Origin: Catajapyx aquilonaris
Lineage: Eukaryota
NCBI GenBank assembly: GCA_000934665.2
Contig: KZ538385.1
Location: forward strand, 112,155-132,154
Direction of reading: 5' to 3'
DNA length: 20,000 nt
This document shows positions 1 to 9,552 of this stretch, piece by piece. How positions within the stretch are numbered: position 1 is the first letter of the stretch; each line of letters opens with the position of its first letter. Under the pieces are notes generated by a model. The model did not search any database and was not told the origin of the DNA. It saw nothing but the letters and a program-made list of their open reading frames with translations. Made by a program: the position numbers and the translations under genes.

Positions 1-273
1 ACCCTCCCTGCGGATGTTTATCGCATGATGGTGTACTTACAGGGTGAGACGGAACTGCGAGATGGTCCAAACACCAACAGATAATCTGGCAACATCCATA
101 GCTAGATCATACTTTAGTTACTGACTGTAGATAATTTTATACATTTTCTCAGTTAAAAATGTATCATTGATAACTAGGCACCAACTTGCCAAAATTGGGG
201 AAAAAATTATGCAAAATTGCGAAACTGGAGAGAGAGACGCGGACCAGGCAGCGACATCCGACGGTGAAGTGCC

Positions 274-310
274 GAAGTAAGACGGTGCTGAAGTAAGACG
301 GTGCTGAAGT
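274..310. repeat. 16-bp tandem repeat x2.3 in a GC-rich promoter-like stretch
   Basis: GAAGTAAGACGGTGCT at 274 and 290, partial copy at 306. Confidence 0.85.
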
Positions 311-1735
311 GAAAGCGAGTCGCCACCCGGGAGGTGGCGCCCCACGCCCGGAACGGCGGAAATGGGAATTCCGTGGAAAGGTCGGGTTTTTTTTGAGGCG
401 GTCGGCGTTTTTTTACGTTTTATAAATTCCCTGGACACTATTTTCCAAGAAAAGGTTTATTGCAAATATAGAAAACGCGGGTTAAATTTTGACCCCACTC
501 CCAATGCTGTAGGCCGTACGGTGCGGGAGGAGTTGTGGGAACAGTCGTGTGTTAATACTAATATATATTCCAATCGTGCAAGCTGCGCGAACTGTCTTGC
601 GCACGATGTTGCGGTCATAAAATTTTTCCCATCTAATACGTCCACAGTTGGGAGGAGTGTTTGGCAATGGTTTCACTCTGTAATAACTACACAAATTCAC
701 AGTCCAACCACCAATATTGTAACACAAAAAGGTTGGGCCACCCAGCATATGGCCATTTGATTTTATTGTCACTCTGTGCTGATGTCAAATTTAGCGCATA
801 AAAATATTCCCGGTCAGAGTAACAAAATTTCAGCATTGTTGATGTGTTTGGTGCTGATTTTCTCCCATTGGAGGGTTCGCTATTATTGGATCAAGCAATT
901 TGTCCAGTGGTGAGAGAAAAATCGGAGCAGTTTGGCACGTTGGGCACTTATTCAGACGCAACAATTGCAATTGCGGTGTGACTTTTTGGGTCATTTAATG
1001 CGAGGTCCCCTCTTGGGATGGGTTGGAACTATAGTGAATATCAAACAAATTGCTGGTGATGAAATACTAATAGAGCTAATATGTAAGCCAAGCTTACAGG
1101 TTCACTGTAGGTCGATTATGCTTGCGGGGTTAATGAAAAGCAATGTTGAGGAAGCAGAAAGTTTTGTGAATAGAAATGGGGAAGATGAAATATTATGATC
1201 TTATAAGGTAGGAGAAGATTGGGTCTGCTAAAAGTTAGCTCCGTTTTGCTTTTATGTGGAAAATGACATTTCCACTTTATGTGGTTGGGGCAAAATGGAA
1301 TTTCTAAGCGCTGATTTTTTTTTTTTTTGCTGTAATTGCATTCTTTGTAACTGGCGAACACAAGTTTTGCGTTTGTTATTAAGCCTCTCGTTTAGGTGGA
1401 GTGAACATACATGAATGCGGGGTGTATTTTGAATTTCCCAGATGTGAATGAAAATCTGTTCATGTCAGGTGCTTCAAACGGTAAATTAAGCTTGAATGCT
1501 GCGACAAGTATGACTTTGATGTTAGCGCTTGATGATTTGTAACCTACAGTATAAACTGGTTAATTATACAGAATTGAACAGTTATGTGTGCTGGTAAAGT
1601 CAAAGTTTAATTAGGCTGTTGCGTGCGTATCAACTTTTAATGGATTTTCTTTTAGCCCGGCATAGGCCATGTGTACCTTACAAACCCAAATAATGTAGTT
1701 GCAACATCCTGATGAGGTTCTTCTCTTGTTTGCAG

Positions 1736-2090
1736 GAGCATAGGCTGTAACTTGCATTGACACCTGCCATGCTGAGATTGTGTCCTGCCCACTGCGACCA
1801 TGCGTGATGTGCTGGCCCGTAGTGCAAACTCCCGACCTCGGATTCTCACCAGTGCAAGATGGCTGAGGCGCTAACCTACTGGAAGCACAACCGGTGGAGA
1901 ACATTTGAGAGTGTCGGGAGATAGTCCCCAACTTATAAAATGATTAGCAGTGAGCCGACAAAGTAACCACACACCTGGTGCCATTTTTTTTAAAACACAA
2001 GAAACTTGTGCCATATAGCGTCCAAGTGGTGCCAAAAAAGTGTACATATACAGTGCGAAGGGGAGAGGAGATGGGCTAAGCACCCTGCGC
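1736..2090 (+). promoter_or_regulatory. Putative 5' UTR part of NDST coding exon 1, with six upstream AUGs
   Basis: Strong acceptor ttcttctcttgtttgcag at 1735. ATGs at 1769, 1800, 1807, 1859, 1940 and 2071 all close before 2091. Confidence 0.5.
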
Positions 2091-2275
2091 ATGATGTACG
2101 ATGAACACCGTCGTCCACTGCTGCAGGATGTGGAGGGGCAGGGCTGGGGCAGGCTCAGGTCATGTCCCACCGCTCGTCTGGGCACGGTCAAGAGATGGGT
2201 GGCAGCCTCCCTGGTCCTCAGCCTGATGTCCCTCTTCTACCTCACATACTATGTCTCCAACTCGCATTCTTACAG
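2091..2275 (+). CDS. sfl: NDST coding exon 1 (cytoplasmic tail + type II transmembrane anchor)
   Basis: ATG at 2091, [11 protein letters not shown]...[14 protein letters not shown]. Donor AG|GTAAG at 2275/2276, phase 2, matching exon 2. Confidence 0.85.
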
Positions 2276-5200
2276 GTAAGCATCTGAAACTAATCTGGAA
2301 AGCATATCATTACAGTATGATATTCACAATATGTAATTAGAAATTTTCCTTTGATACGACCAGTAACAATTTCATTGTATTATTTAACGTCAGGATGGGA
2401 AAGAGCTTTTTTAATGTGCCTCTTTACATTGACTTGGCTGCTCAATGTTGCGGCGACACAATCACCTTACGCCATTGCCATTGCCGTTAAGCTCACCGTA
2501 AGTTTCCAAGGGAAAAATGGCGGGATAGGTCAAAACTACTGGCCATTATGTGCAGCGTTAAGGCTCAACTGTGCTTCCCGACAAAATTGCATCGTTACTT
2601 TGAAGAATCACATTTTATCATGGTCAGCGGCTGTGTTACAAGAGTTGGCTCAAAATTGCTTGGTGTACTTTAGATTTAGCAGAATAATTTCACTAGATGT
2701 TAAATGTGTCCTAAGTAAGCTAATGAATGCGTAATACTAGTGTAATGCAATTTGCCAATTTTGGTTACCCAGTACATAATTACGAAGAGCGTATGACTCT
2801 TGGAGCACGTTGTGTTTCTCTTTAATGCTTTCTTGCCTCCAGCTCCATTGCCCTTTTAATAACCCCCGGCTGCAGAGGGGTTATTAACAAGAATCGATGG
2901 TTCATATTCTCATTTTATTTGTGTAACCTCTAGTTATGGCGCAGTATATTCTTTTTTTACTCTTCATTTAACGACTGAAACGATAGGAACCTAATAGCAA
3001 ACAAAGGTCAATGAGGCACATGTACAGTAATCGAACAAGGGCCCATGCAGAGCTTTATAATCATCCCGTCAATTGTCTGATTGATCACGAGGCTTAGCCT
3101 TGTAATAACCCCCCCTCGTTTGGATTTGACTTGATTGACTGATGGATTGATTGGCGTCGGTGCAGCTTCATCCGAGGGTCGCGCCCGGAGCCGTCGATAC
3201 GCTGTGCCCTGCTGGGATCCGGGACAAGGAATCCCATCGGGGGCAACCACCACAACACGGAGGCCCAGCTGCGGATAGACCCTCGAGTCCTTGTCTTTGT
3301 GGAGACTGCCTATTCCAGGCTCGGGAGGGAGATTGCTGAGCTGCTTGTGCACAACCGAATGAAGTGAGTCTTTTTGGTTTAACTCATGCATCATATTGGT
3401 TACACTGTTGTCTTTTCTCAAGGTACAAAGTGGAAGTGGCAGGGAAGTCTCTTCCGGTGCTGACCAACCTGGACAAGGGCAAGTTCGGGGTGATAGTGTT
3501 TGAGAACTTCACAAAGTACCTGCACATGGACAAATGGAACCGGGAGCTGCTGGATAAGTACTGTCGGGAGTACCACGTGGGGCTGGTCGGATTCATGCCC
3601 CCCCAGGAGGAGAGCCTGGTGGGGGCCCAGCTCAAAGGGTTTCCAGTGTACGTCCACACAAACCTGAAGCTGAAAGATGCATCGGTCAATCCCGCCTCGC
3701 CTGTTTTGAGGCTCACCAGGGCTGGGGACACTGCGTGGGGCCAGCTGTCTAACGAAGACTGGACCGTCTTCTCGCCCAATCACTCCACATACGAGCCGCT
3801 AGCATGGGCCAGCTTGTTGTCTGACGGAGGTTACGTCGATCCAGAGGCATCAAAGACGCAGCATATCACTGTCCTACAGGTGATTTGGTCTGTCATTACT
3901 GTAGGCCTTCATTACCTGATGAAATGACATAAGACGCTCCCCCATTTCAGTAGATCATATTCGGAGGGGGGGAAAAGTTTTTAGTGCAATAATTTCACAT
4001 CCAAGATGCATGGCGATTTTTTGAGCAATTTTTTTGAGGGGAAAACGCCGTCATACTGTATATGAATATCTGAATGTTACGCAAAGTTAATATGAAGAAT
4101 GGAGCAACCAGCTGTTATGTGGAACCACGTAAACGGTTAGTTCAAAATATTAATGCGGCTAGAACAAACATAATAAATGAGATGGACAGTCGAGCAATGT
4201 GTACAGAGCAAAGCCGCATTTTGCACCCACGTACAACAAAAATGAGCACGCATTTCATTATTATTCATTGATTCGGAGAGGGCAAAATCCACTTTCAGAT
4301 GACAATAGAAATATATTGTTCCTCTGTGTAATATGCGCATTGCCATTGATGGACAATTACGGTTTAAAAAAAAAAAAACTGCGTGTTTCGAAAAAGCATA
4401 TATTGATCATTACAAGCCTTTTTTTGGGGAGTTGATTAGCAGCCTTCAAAGTCTCTCAGATTTTTGTGACTAGTAGAATAACAGTAACGAGGCAGTGAAT
4501 ATAAAGCATTGTGTGATGTATTCATATTATGTAGCCAGCCAGTTTGTCCACTTGTTCTAGTGAACTTTTGTTACCTATGCTGAGGGGAATTTGCTTTCAA
4601 ATTATTGGCTAAACATGTACAGATTCCGAGCTCTGACAATGATGTTCGTTAAAAACGAATCGTTAAAATGCAAATGGTTGACTTGTGACAATGAATGTTG
4701 GCGAATTGTATAGAGTTTGTTGAGTCTACTCTGCGACTAAGTGTTACTTGTTTGTAGAGTAAAAAGCACTTGATGACATGCAATGATGTAATTATTGTTT
4801 TTTTAAGGATCACGGCTTGTACGACGACATCCAGCGCATCCTTTTCGGCAGCGGCCTCCGCTTCTGGCTTCAAAGGCTTCTCTTCCTGGATGCAATGTCT
4901 TACCTCAGTCACGGCCGACTCAGTCTCAGCTTGCAGAGGTTCCTTCTGGTCGATGTGGATGACATTTTTGTTGGAGAAAAAGGAACGAGACTCAAGCGCG
5001 AGGATGTTCAAGTATGATGAGCTGGAACAATACTTTCCGCCATTACCATACGTGCAAGTTTCACTTAAAATTTGGAGCGATCCATTGTCTATTTAAAAGG
5101 TGGAGAGGATTGAAAGTACTTTTATGATCAGAAACTTTGCGGAAAACGAAGCAACTGCTCCTGACTTGTTTGTGACGTATTAACGATTTACTGTTCATGT

Positions 5201-8200
5201 AGTAATTATAACGTTAAAGACACCTGCACAGTGCATATGATACGTCTGGTTTTTTCCTCTCTTGCTCTCCTATAACGTAAATTGTGAGCTCATCTGATTT
5301 GTTATTTGATTATGGAAAGTGGGATGTTTTCATATTGTCAATTCAGAGAGTGGGGGCTTGCAATGTCGATTTCATTAACGTGGAGTAATGCTGTTAGCGT
5401 CACTGCTGGAGTGAGTCTGTGTATTGACATTTGCACTACATGTGGGAATGGCTGCACTTTCCAAAATGGGAAATATATGTGCAGGTAGTTATTTCTTTTA
5501 AATATTACGTACTGGCCATTGCAGGCAATGATAAACGGCCAGGAGCGTCTTCAGAGGTTAGTACCTGGCTTCCGATTCAACCTGGGCTTCTCTGGGAAGT
5601 ACTTCCATCACGGTACGCCAGAAGAAAACGCGGGAGATGACATGCTGTTGGGTAAGCTGACTCCGACACTTTGCCTCTCACTTGTGCGCATATTTTAATC
5701 CCTTTTTTAAATCTTCCTAAATACAGTAGGAGAAACAAATTTTTTTTTCTTCTTTTTTGGGTCCAGGTTGTGGGGAGAATATAAAATTTAATGCATTTGA
5801 TGGTTGATCCCGATAATAATTTGTGTTTGCAGCACATGCACAAGATTTCTGGTGGTTCCCACACATGTTTAGACACACCCAACCCCACCTGTACAATGTG
5901 ACCCAACTCGTTCAAGGCATGACGTGGAATTTTAATTTCGCAAAGGTAGTTTGGTGTGCGAATATTTTCTGCAACACCACTTGGATTTTTTTATTTTGAA
6001 GAGATTACTCTTTGTAGTTTGCACTCCCCTTGTTTTTGCGTTTATGTTTTTTTTTTCTGTCCACTTTGGTTTTGGGATACGGGATGGGGGCACTCTAACC
6101 ACACTCACAACGTAGCGTTTGACTTGCTTCCACATGAAAGTACCCTCTTCTTTCAGCACTTGCATTCACTTTTTTTTTTAAATATTTATATATTTGGTAC
6201 GCACATGTGTTGAAGTGAGAGAGAAAACTTTTTTTTTCTTCTTCGATGGCTCAATTCCCATTTGTAGAACACGCAGATGAGTTTATGTGGTTCGGTCACA
6301 TGTGGAATCATCAACAGCCTCACCTGTATGAAAACGATACCCAACTCCAGCTAGACATGAACCTCAATAAGAATTTCGCAAAGGTAAGCTTTCCCGAAAG
6401 GCACCTTTTTGAGACGTATTAGTCGAACCTTGGGGCTTATGTTCCGTTAAGTTTGTTATGGGGCCACCGTTTGCATGTTTGTGTCGGTAAATCAGGAATA
6501 TTTTTAAATGGGAAACGTTACAGTGCTGAAAGAAGATTTATTTTTTACGTAGCTAGTGGCATGGTGCACGGTGTCTTGATTAACTAATATTAACGGATTA
6601 ATAATCTGCATGTCGATATGTCGTCACCCTGCAGACAATTATGTAGCTTAGCCAAGTGCACTGGACATGTTTGAGGCTCTATAGGTTGCCATGATTAATG
6701 GCAGTGCTCTGCGAAATTAGGGGGGGCTTAATTGAGATTTGTTTGCTGTGGATGGGTAAGCCCTTGACACATTCGAAACAAAACATTACGCAAGTTCAAG
6801 TTTACGTGATTATTGTACAGTGTTTATCTGCGAGTTAAAACACAGTGTAATGTCCATCAGCGAATAACGTTACTTTTGTGGATTAGCGTCATGTCATGTT
6901 AAACTGATGATCTTCTCTGATGCTAATAGAGCCTGAAATGTGTACTTTGTAACACACCTAGTGCAATCGACCTGAAAGCCATTACTGCATAGAGATGAAT
7001 GTCAAATTAACATTCATTAGAGGACTTGTAGCGTTCAGGTCGAAGCTGCAGGATTCACATTGCCGCCACCCTGATAAATAATGCAAACTTCCCTTCCTTC
7101 CGGGCCGCATCTACAAAAGGAACATGGGATTCCAGTAGACTCGGGCTACTCGGTGGCCCCTCACCACTCTGGGGTGTACCCTGTGCACGAGCCCTTGTAC
7201 GAGGCTTGGCGCAAAGTGTGGGGGGTTAGGGCCACCAGCACGGAGGAGTATCCGCACCTGAGACCAGCCAGGCTCAGACGAGGGTTCGTTCATCGTACAG
7301 TCATGGTGCTTCCGAGACAGACTTGCGGGTTGTTCACGCACACCATCTTCATAGAGAGGTATCCAGGTGGTAGGCAGAAGCTGGACGAGAGCATCCAAGG
7401 CGGAGAGCTTTTTCAGACCGTCGTGTACAATCCGGTAAGTTCTACAGCCTTTCGCGGCTTATTGCAAATACTGATTTTCGCTTTACCTGCAGATCAATGT
7501 CTTCATGACCCACATGTCAAACTACGGGAATGATCGGCTGGCCATGTACACGTTTGAGTCCGTGGTTAAGTTCCTTCAGTGCTGGACCAATCTGCAGTTG
7601 CAGACCTTACCGCCAGTGCAGCTTGGAGAGAAGTACTTCCAGATGTATCCAGAGGAAGTTGATCCTGTATGGGGGGTGAGAAATGCTTCTCTTACGCTAT
7701 TGTTTTCTGGGCTATACCATTATGGTTACGTCTGTTTCATACTGTTTCATATTTCTGAATGTGACCTGTTTCAACTATGTAACATCTAAATCTGATCCGA
7801 TTCAGAATCCATGCGACGACCAGCGTCACACACGCATCTGGTCTCCCAACAAGACGTGTGACCAGCTTCCGCACTTCCTGGTGATCGGCCCGCAGAAGAC
7901 TGGAACCACTGCTCTGTACACTTTCCTGGCCATGCATCCTGCAGTGTCTTCCAACTTTCCCTCCCAGGAGACGTTCGAGGAGGTGCAGTTCTTCAATGGG
8001 AAGAACTACTACAGAGGGCTGGACTGGTACATGCGATTCTTCCCTGTTCCCAAGAACTCAACCGGTGGGCATGTTCTGTTTGAGAAGAGCGCAACATACT
8101 TTGAGAGTGAGCTTGTTCCGAGAAGAGCACATGCACTCTTACCAAAGGTATGTGCGGTTGAATTTAACTAGTTGTATGCATTACGTGCAGGGCTAATACT

Positions 8201-9552
8201 TCGTGGTTTACAGGTGAAGGTGGTGACCATCCTGATATCACCAGCGAAGAGGGCGTACTCGTGGTACCAGCACATGAGGGCGCATAATGACCCAGTGGCA
8301 CAGAACTATACTTTTGCGCAGGTCATCATGGCTGGAGAAGCCGCACCTAAGCAACTTAAAGACCTTCGGAATAGGTGTGCAATTTTTTCGGAGCGTGCAA
8401 GACCATTTTGTTCTTCACCGTTGTGTGCACCGTTGCAACCTTCTCATTTCAGGTGCTTGAATCCCGGTAAATATGCTCAGCACCTAGAGCGATGGCTAAC
8501 GTACTACTCCCCTCAACAACTGTATATAATCGATGGGGAGGAAGTTCGAAACAACCCAGTGGACGTCATGAACAAGTTGCAGCAGTTCCTGAAGCTGAAG
8601 CCCTTCTTCGACTACTCGACCAAGCTTAGGTACGGGACACTTGGCTTGCGAATTCTAGGGCATGTTATTCTAACGAGATGGTTAATTCGCAGGTATGACC
8701 CGAGCAAAGGGTTCTTCTGCCAAGTGATCAACTCGGACCATACCAAATGCCTGGGGAGGAGTAAAGGGAGACAGTATCCGGCCATGGATGAAAGGGCATA
8801 CAAGTACCTGCAGGTACGATCTCGGCTCGCATGAGTGTAACGCGTACTGAGAGAATTTTCGTTGATAAACTTTGCTGCGAAAGTGACAGAAATTGATGAG
8901 TTTATTGTTCGTTGTTGGTACACCATCCATAAGTAAAATTAATCAAAGTTAATTAATGATCTTGAAGTATTTTTGATGATTTCAAATAACAATGAATAAC
9001 AATGAATAACAATTATCAACAAGTAACAACTATCAACAATGAATAAATATTATCAACAAATCACAAATTATCAACAATAAAAAGCTTATCGACAAAAAAA
9101 CAACTTATCGTCAAATAATTGTCAACAATGAATAACAATAATTATGAAATAGATAACTATCAATAATTAATAACAATAATTATGAAATAGATAACTATCA
9201 ATAATTAATGACATCTATTGTAAAGAATAATTAGCTAATAACTATTGTAAAGAATAATTAGCTGACATCTACTGTAAAGAATAATTAGCTAATAACTATT
9301 GTAAATTTTAATAAATTACTTATCAAGATAATTGTAAATAACATTTATTACTAATTTATAACTGATATTAATGATATTAATAACTACTACTTATTATTAA
9401 TGATAGTAATAATTTTTAAACATGTTTGTCTTGTACTTTCCCAGATGTACTACATGCCTCACAACACAGCGTTGGTGAAGCTGCTGAAGCGTTTGGACTA
9501 CCCGATACCCCAGTGGCTTAAAGAGGACTTGAGCGATAGGATAGGGATGTGA
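2091..9552 (+). CDS. sfl: Bifunctional heparan sulfate N-deacetylase/N-sulfotransferase (NDST, sulfateless). Spliced CDS join(2091-2275,3166-3363,3423-3879,4808-5011,5525-5651,[5833-5945 OR 6268-6383],7120-7434,7493-7675,7806-8147,8214-8374,8453-8629,8693-8813,9445-9552), 896/897 aa
   Basis: Manual splicing at GT-AG sites gives one open frame with consistent phases. NDST hallmarks present: N-terminal TM anchor ([20 protein letters not shown]), [91 protein letters not shown]-binding [11 protein letters not shown] and [16 protein letters not shown]. Family assignment is from recalled NDST/Sfl sequences. Confidence 0.96.
3166..3363 (+). CDS. sfl: NDST exon 2 (stem, ...[33 protein letters not shown])
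   Basis: Acceptor tgcag|C at 3165/3166, donor AA|GTGAGT at 3363/3364. This frame is not shown in the ORF track. Confidence 0.9.
3423..3879 (+). CDS. sfl: NDST exon 3 ([19 protein letters not shown]...ITVLQ)
   Basis: Lies within ORF 3364-3927. Acceptor ctcaag|G, donor CAG|GTGAT. Confidence 0.93.
4808..5011 (+). CDS. sfl: NDST exon 4 ([14 protein letters not shown]...[22 protein letters not shown]), carries the deacetylase DD motif
   Basis: Acceptor ttttaag|GAT, donor CAA|GTATGA. Confidence 0.93.
5525..5651 (+). CDS. sfl: NDST exon 5 ([42 protein letters not shown])
   Basis: Acceptor ttgcag|GCA, donor G|GTAAGC, phase 1. Confidence 0.93.
5833..5945 (+). CDS. sfl: NDST alternative exon 6A ([38 protein letters not shown])
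   Basis: 113 nt. Acceptor tgtttgcag|CA, donor AAG|GTAGTT, phase 1 to 0, no stops. Paralogous to exon 6B. Confidence 0.85.
6268..6383 (+). CDS. sfl: NDST alternative exon 6B ([39 protein letters not shown])
   Basis: 116 nt. Acceptor tttgtag|AA, donor AAG|GTAAGC, phase 1 to 0, no stops. Confidence 0.9.
7120..7434 (+). CDS. sfl: NDST exon 7 ([23 protein letters not shown]...QTVVYNP)
   Basis: Lies within ORF 7081-7533. Acceptor aaag|GAA, donor CCG|GTAAGT. Confidence 0.93.
7493..7675 (+). CDS. sfl: NDST exon 8 ([16 protein letters not shown]...DPVWG)
   Basis: Acceptor cctgcag|ATC, donor GGG|GTGAGA. Confidence 0.93.
7806..8147 (+). CDS. sfl: NDST exon 9 (start of sulfotransferase domain, [11 protein letters not shown])
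   Basis: Acceptor ttcag|AAT, donor AAG|GTATGT. Confidence 0.95.
8214..8374 (+). CDS. sfl: NDST exon 10 ([20 protein letters not shown]...)
   Basis: Acceptor ttacag|GTG, donor AG|GTGTGC. Confidence 0.92.
8453..8629 (+). CDS. sfl: NDST exon 11 ([15 protein letters not shown]...DYSTKLR)
   Basis: Acceptor tttcag|G, donor AG|GTACGG. Confidence 0.92.
8693..8813 (+). CDS. sfl: NDST exon 12 (YDPSKGFFC...[11 protein letters not shown]...YLQ)
   Basis: Acceptor tcgcag|G, donor CAG|GTACGA. Confidence 0.92.
8940..9420. repeat. AT-rich low-complexity block in the last NDST intron with nested tandem repeats
   Basis: AACAATGAAT-like repeats from ~8987. A 38-bp unit x2 (9131-9206). A 27-bp unit x3.5 alternating two variants (9210-9305). 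Confidence 0.85.
9445..9552 (+). CDS. sfl: NDST last coding exon ([35 protein letters not shown])
   Basis: Acceptor tttcccag|ATG, TGA at 9550-9552. Typical NDST C-terminus (P.WL.E.L). Confidence 0.92.
   Translation: MYYMPHNTALVKLLKRLDYPIPQWLKEDLSDRIGM

Noticed and set aside
362..1198. ORFs 362-760 and 932-1198 as genes
   Set aside because: No recognisable homology or convincing splice structure. More likely promoter, 5' UTR or intron sequence.
2987..3006. 20-nt micro-exon candidate (tag|GAACC...CAAAG|gtcaat)
   Set aside because: Weak donor, frame-shifting, and not needed since exons 1 and 2 join in phase.
5833..5945. Exon 6A as an assembly or haplotype duplication of 6B
   Set aside because: The two copies differ at many codons and by a 3-nt indel, far more than alleles would, and their flanking introns are largely different.
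3008..8930. Minus-strand ORFs overlapping NDST exons (e.g. 3384-3779, 3418-3783, 4649-5011, 7111-7398, 8612-8926)
   Set aside because: Antisense shadows of GC-rich coding exons with no recognisable domains.
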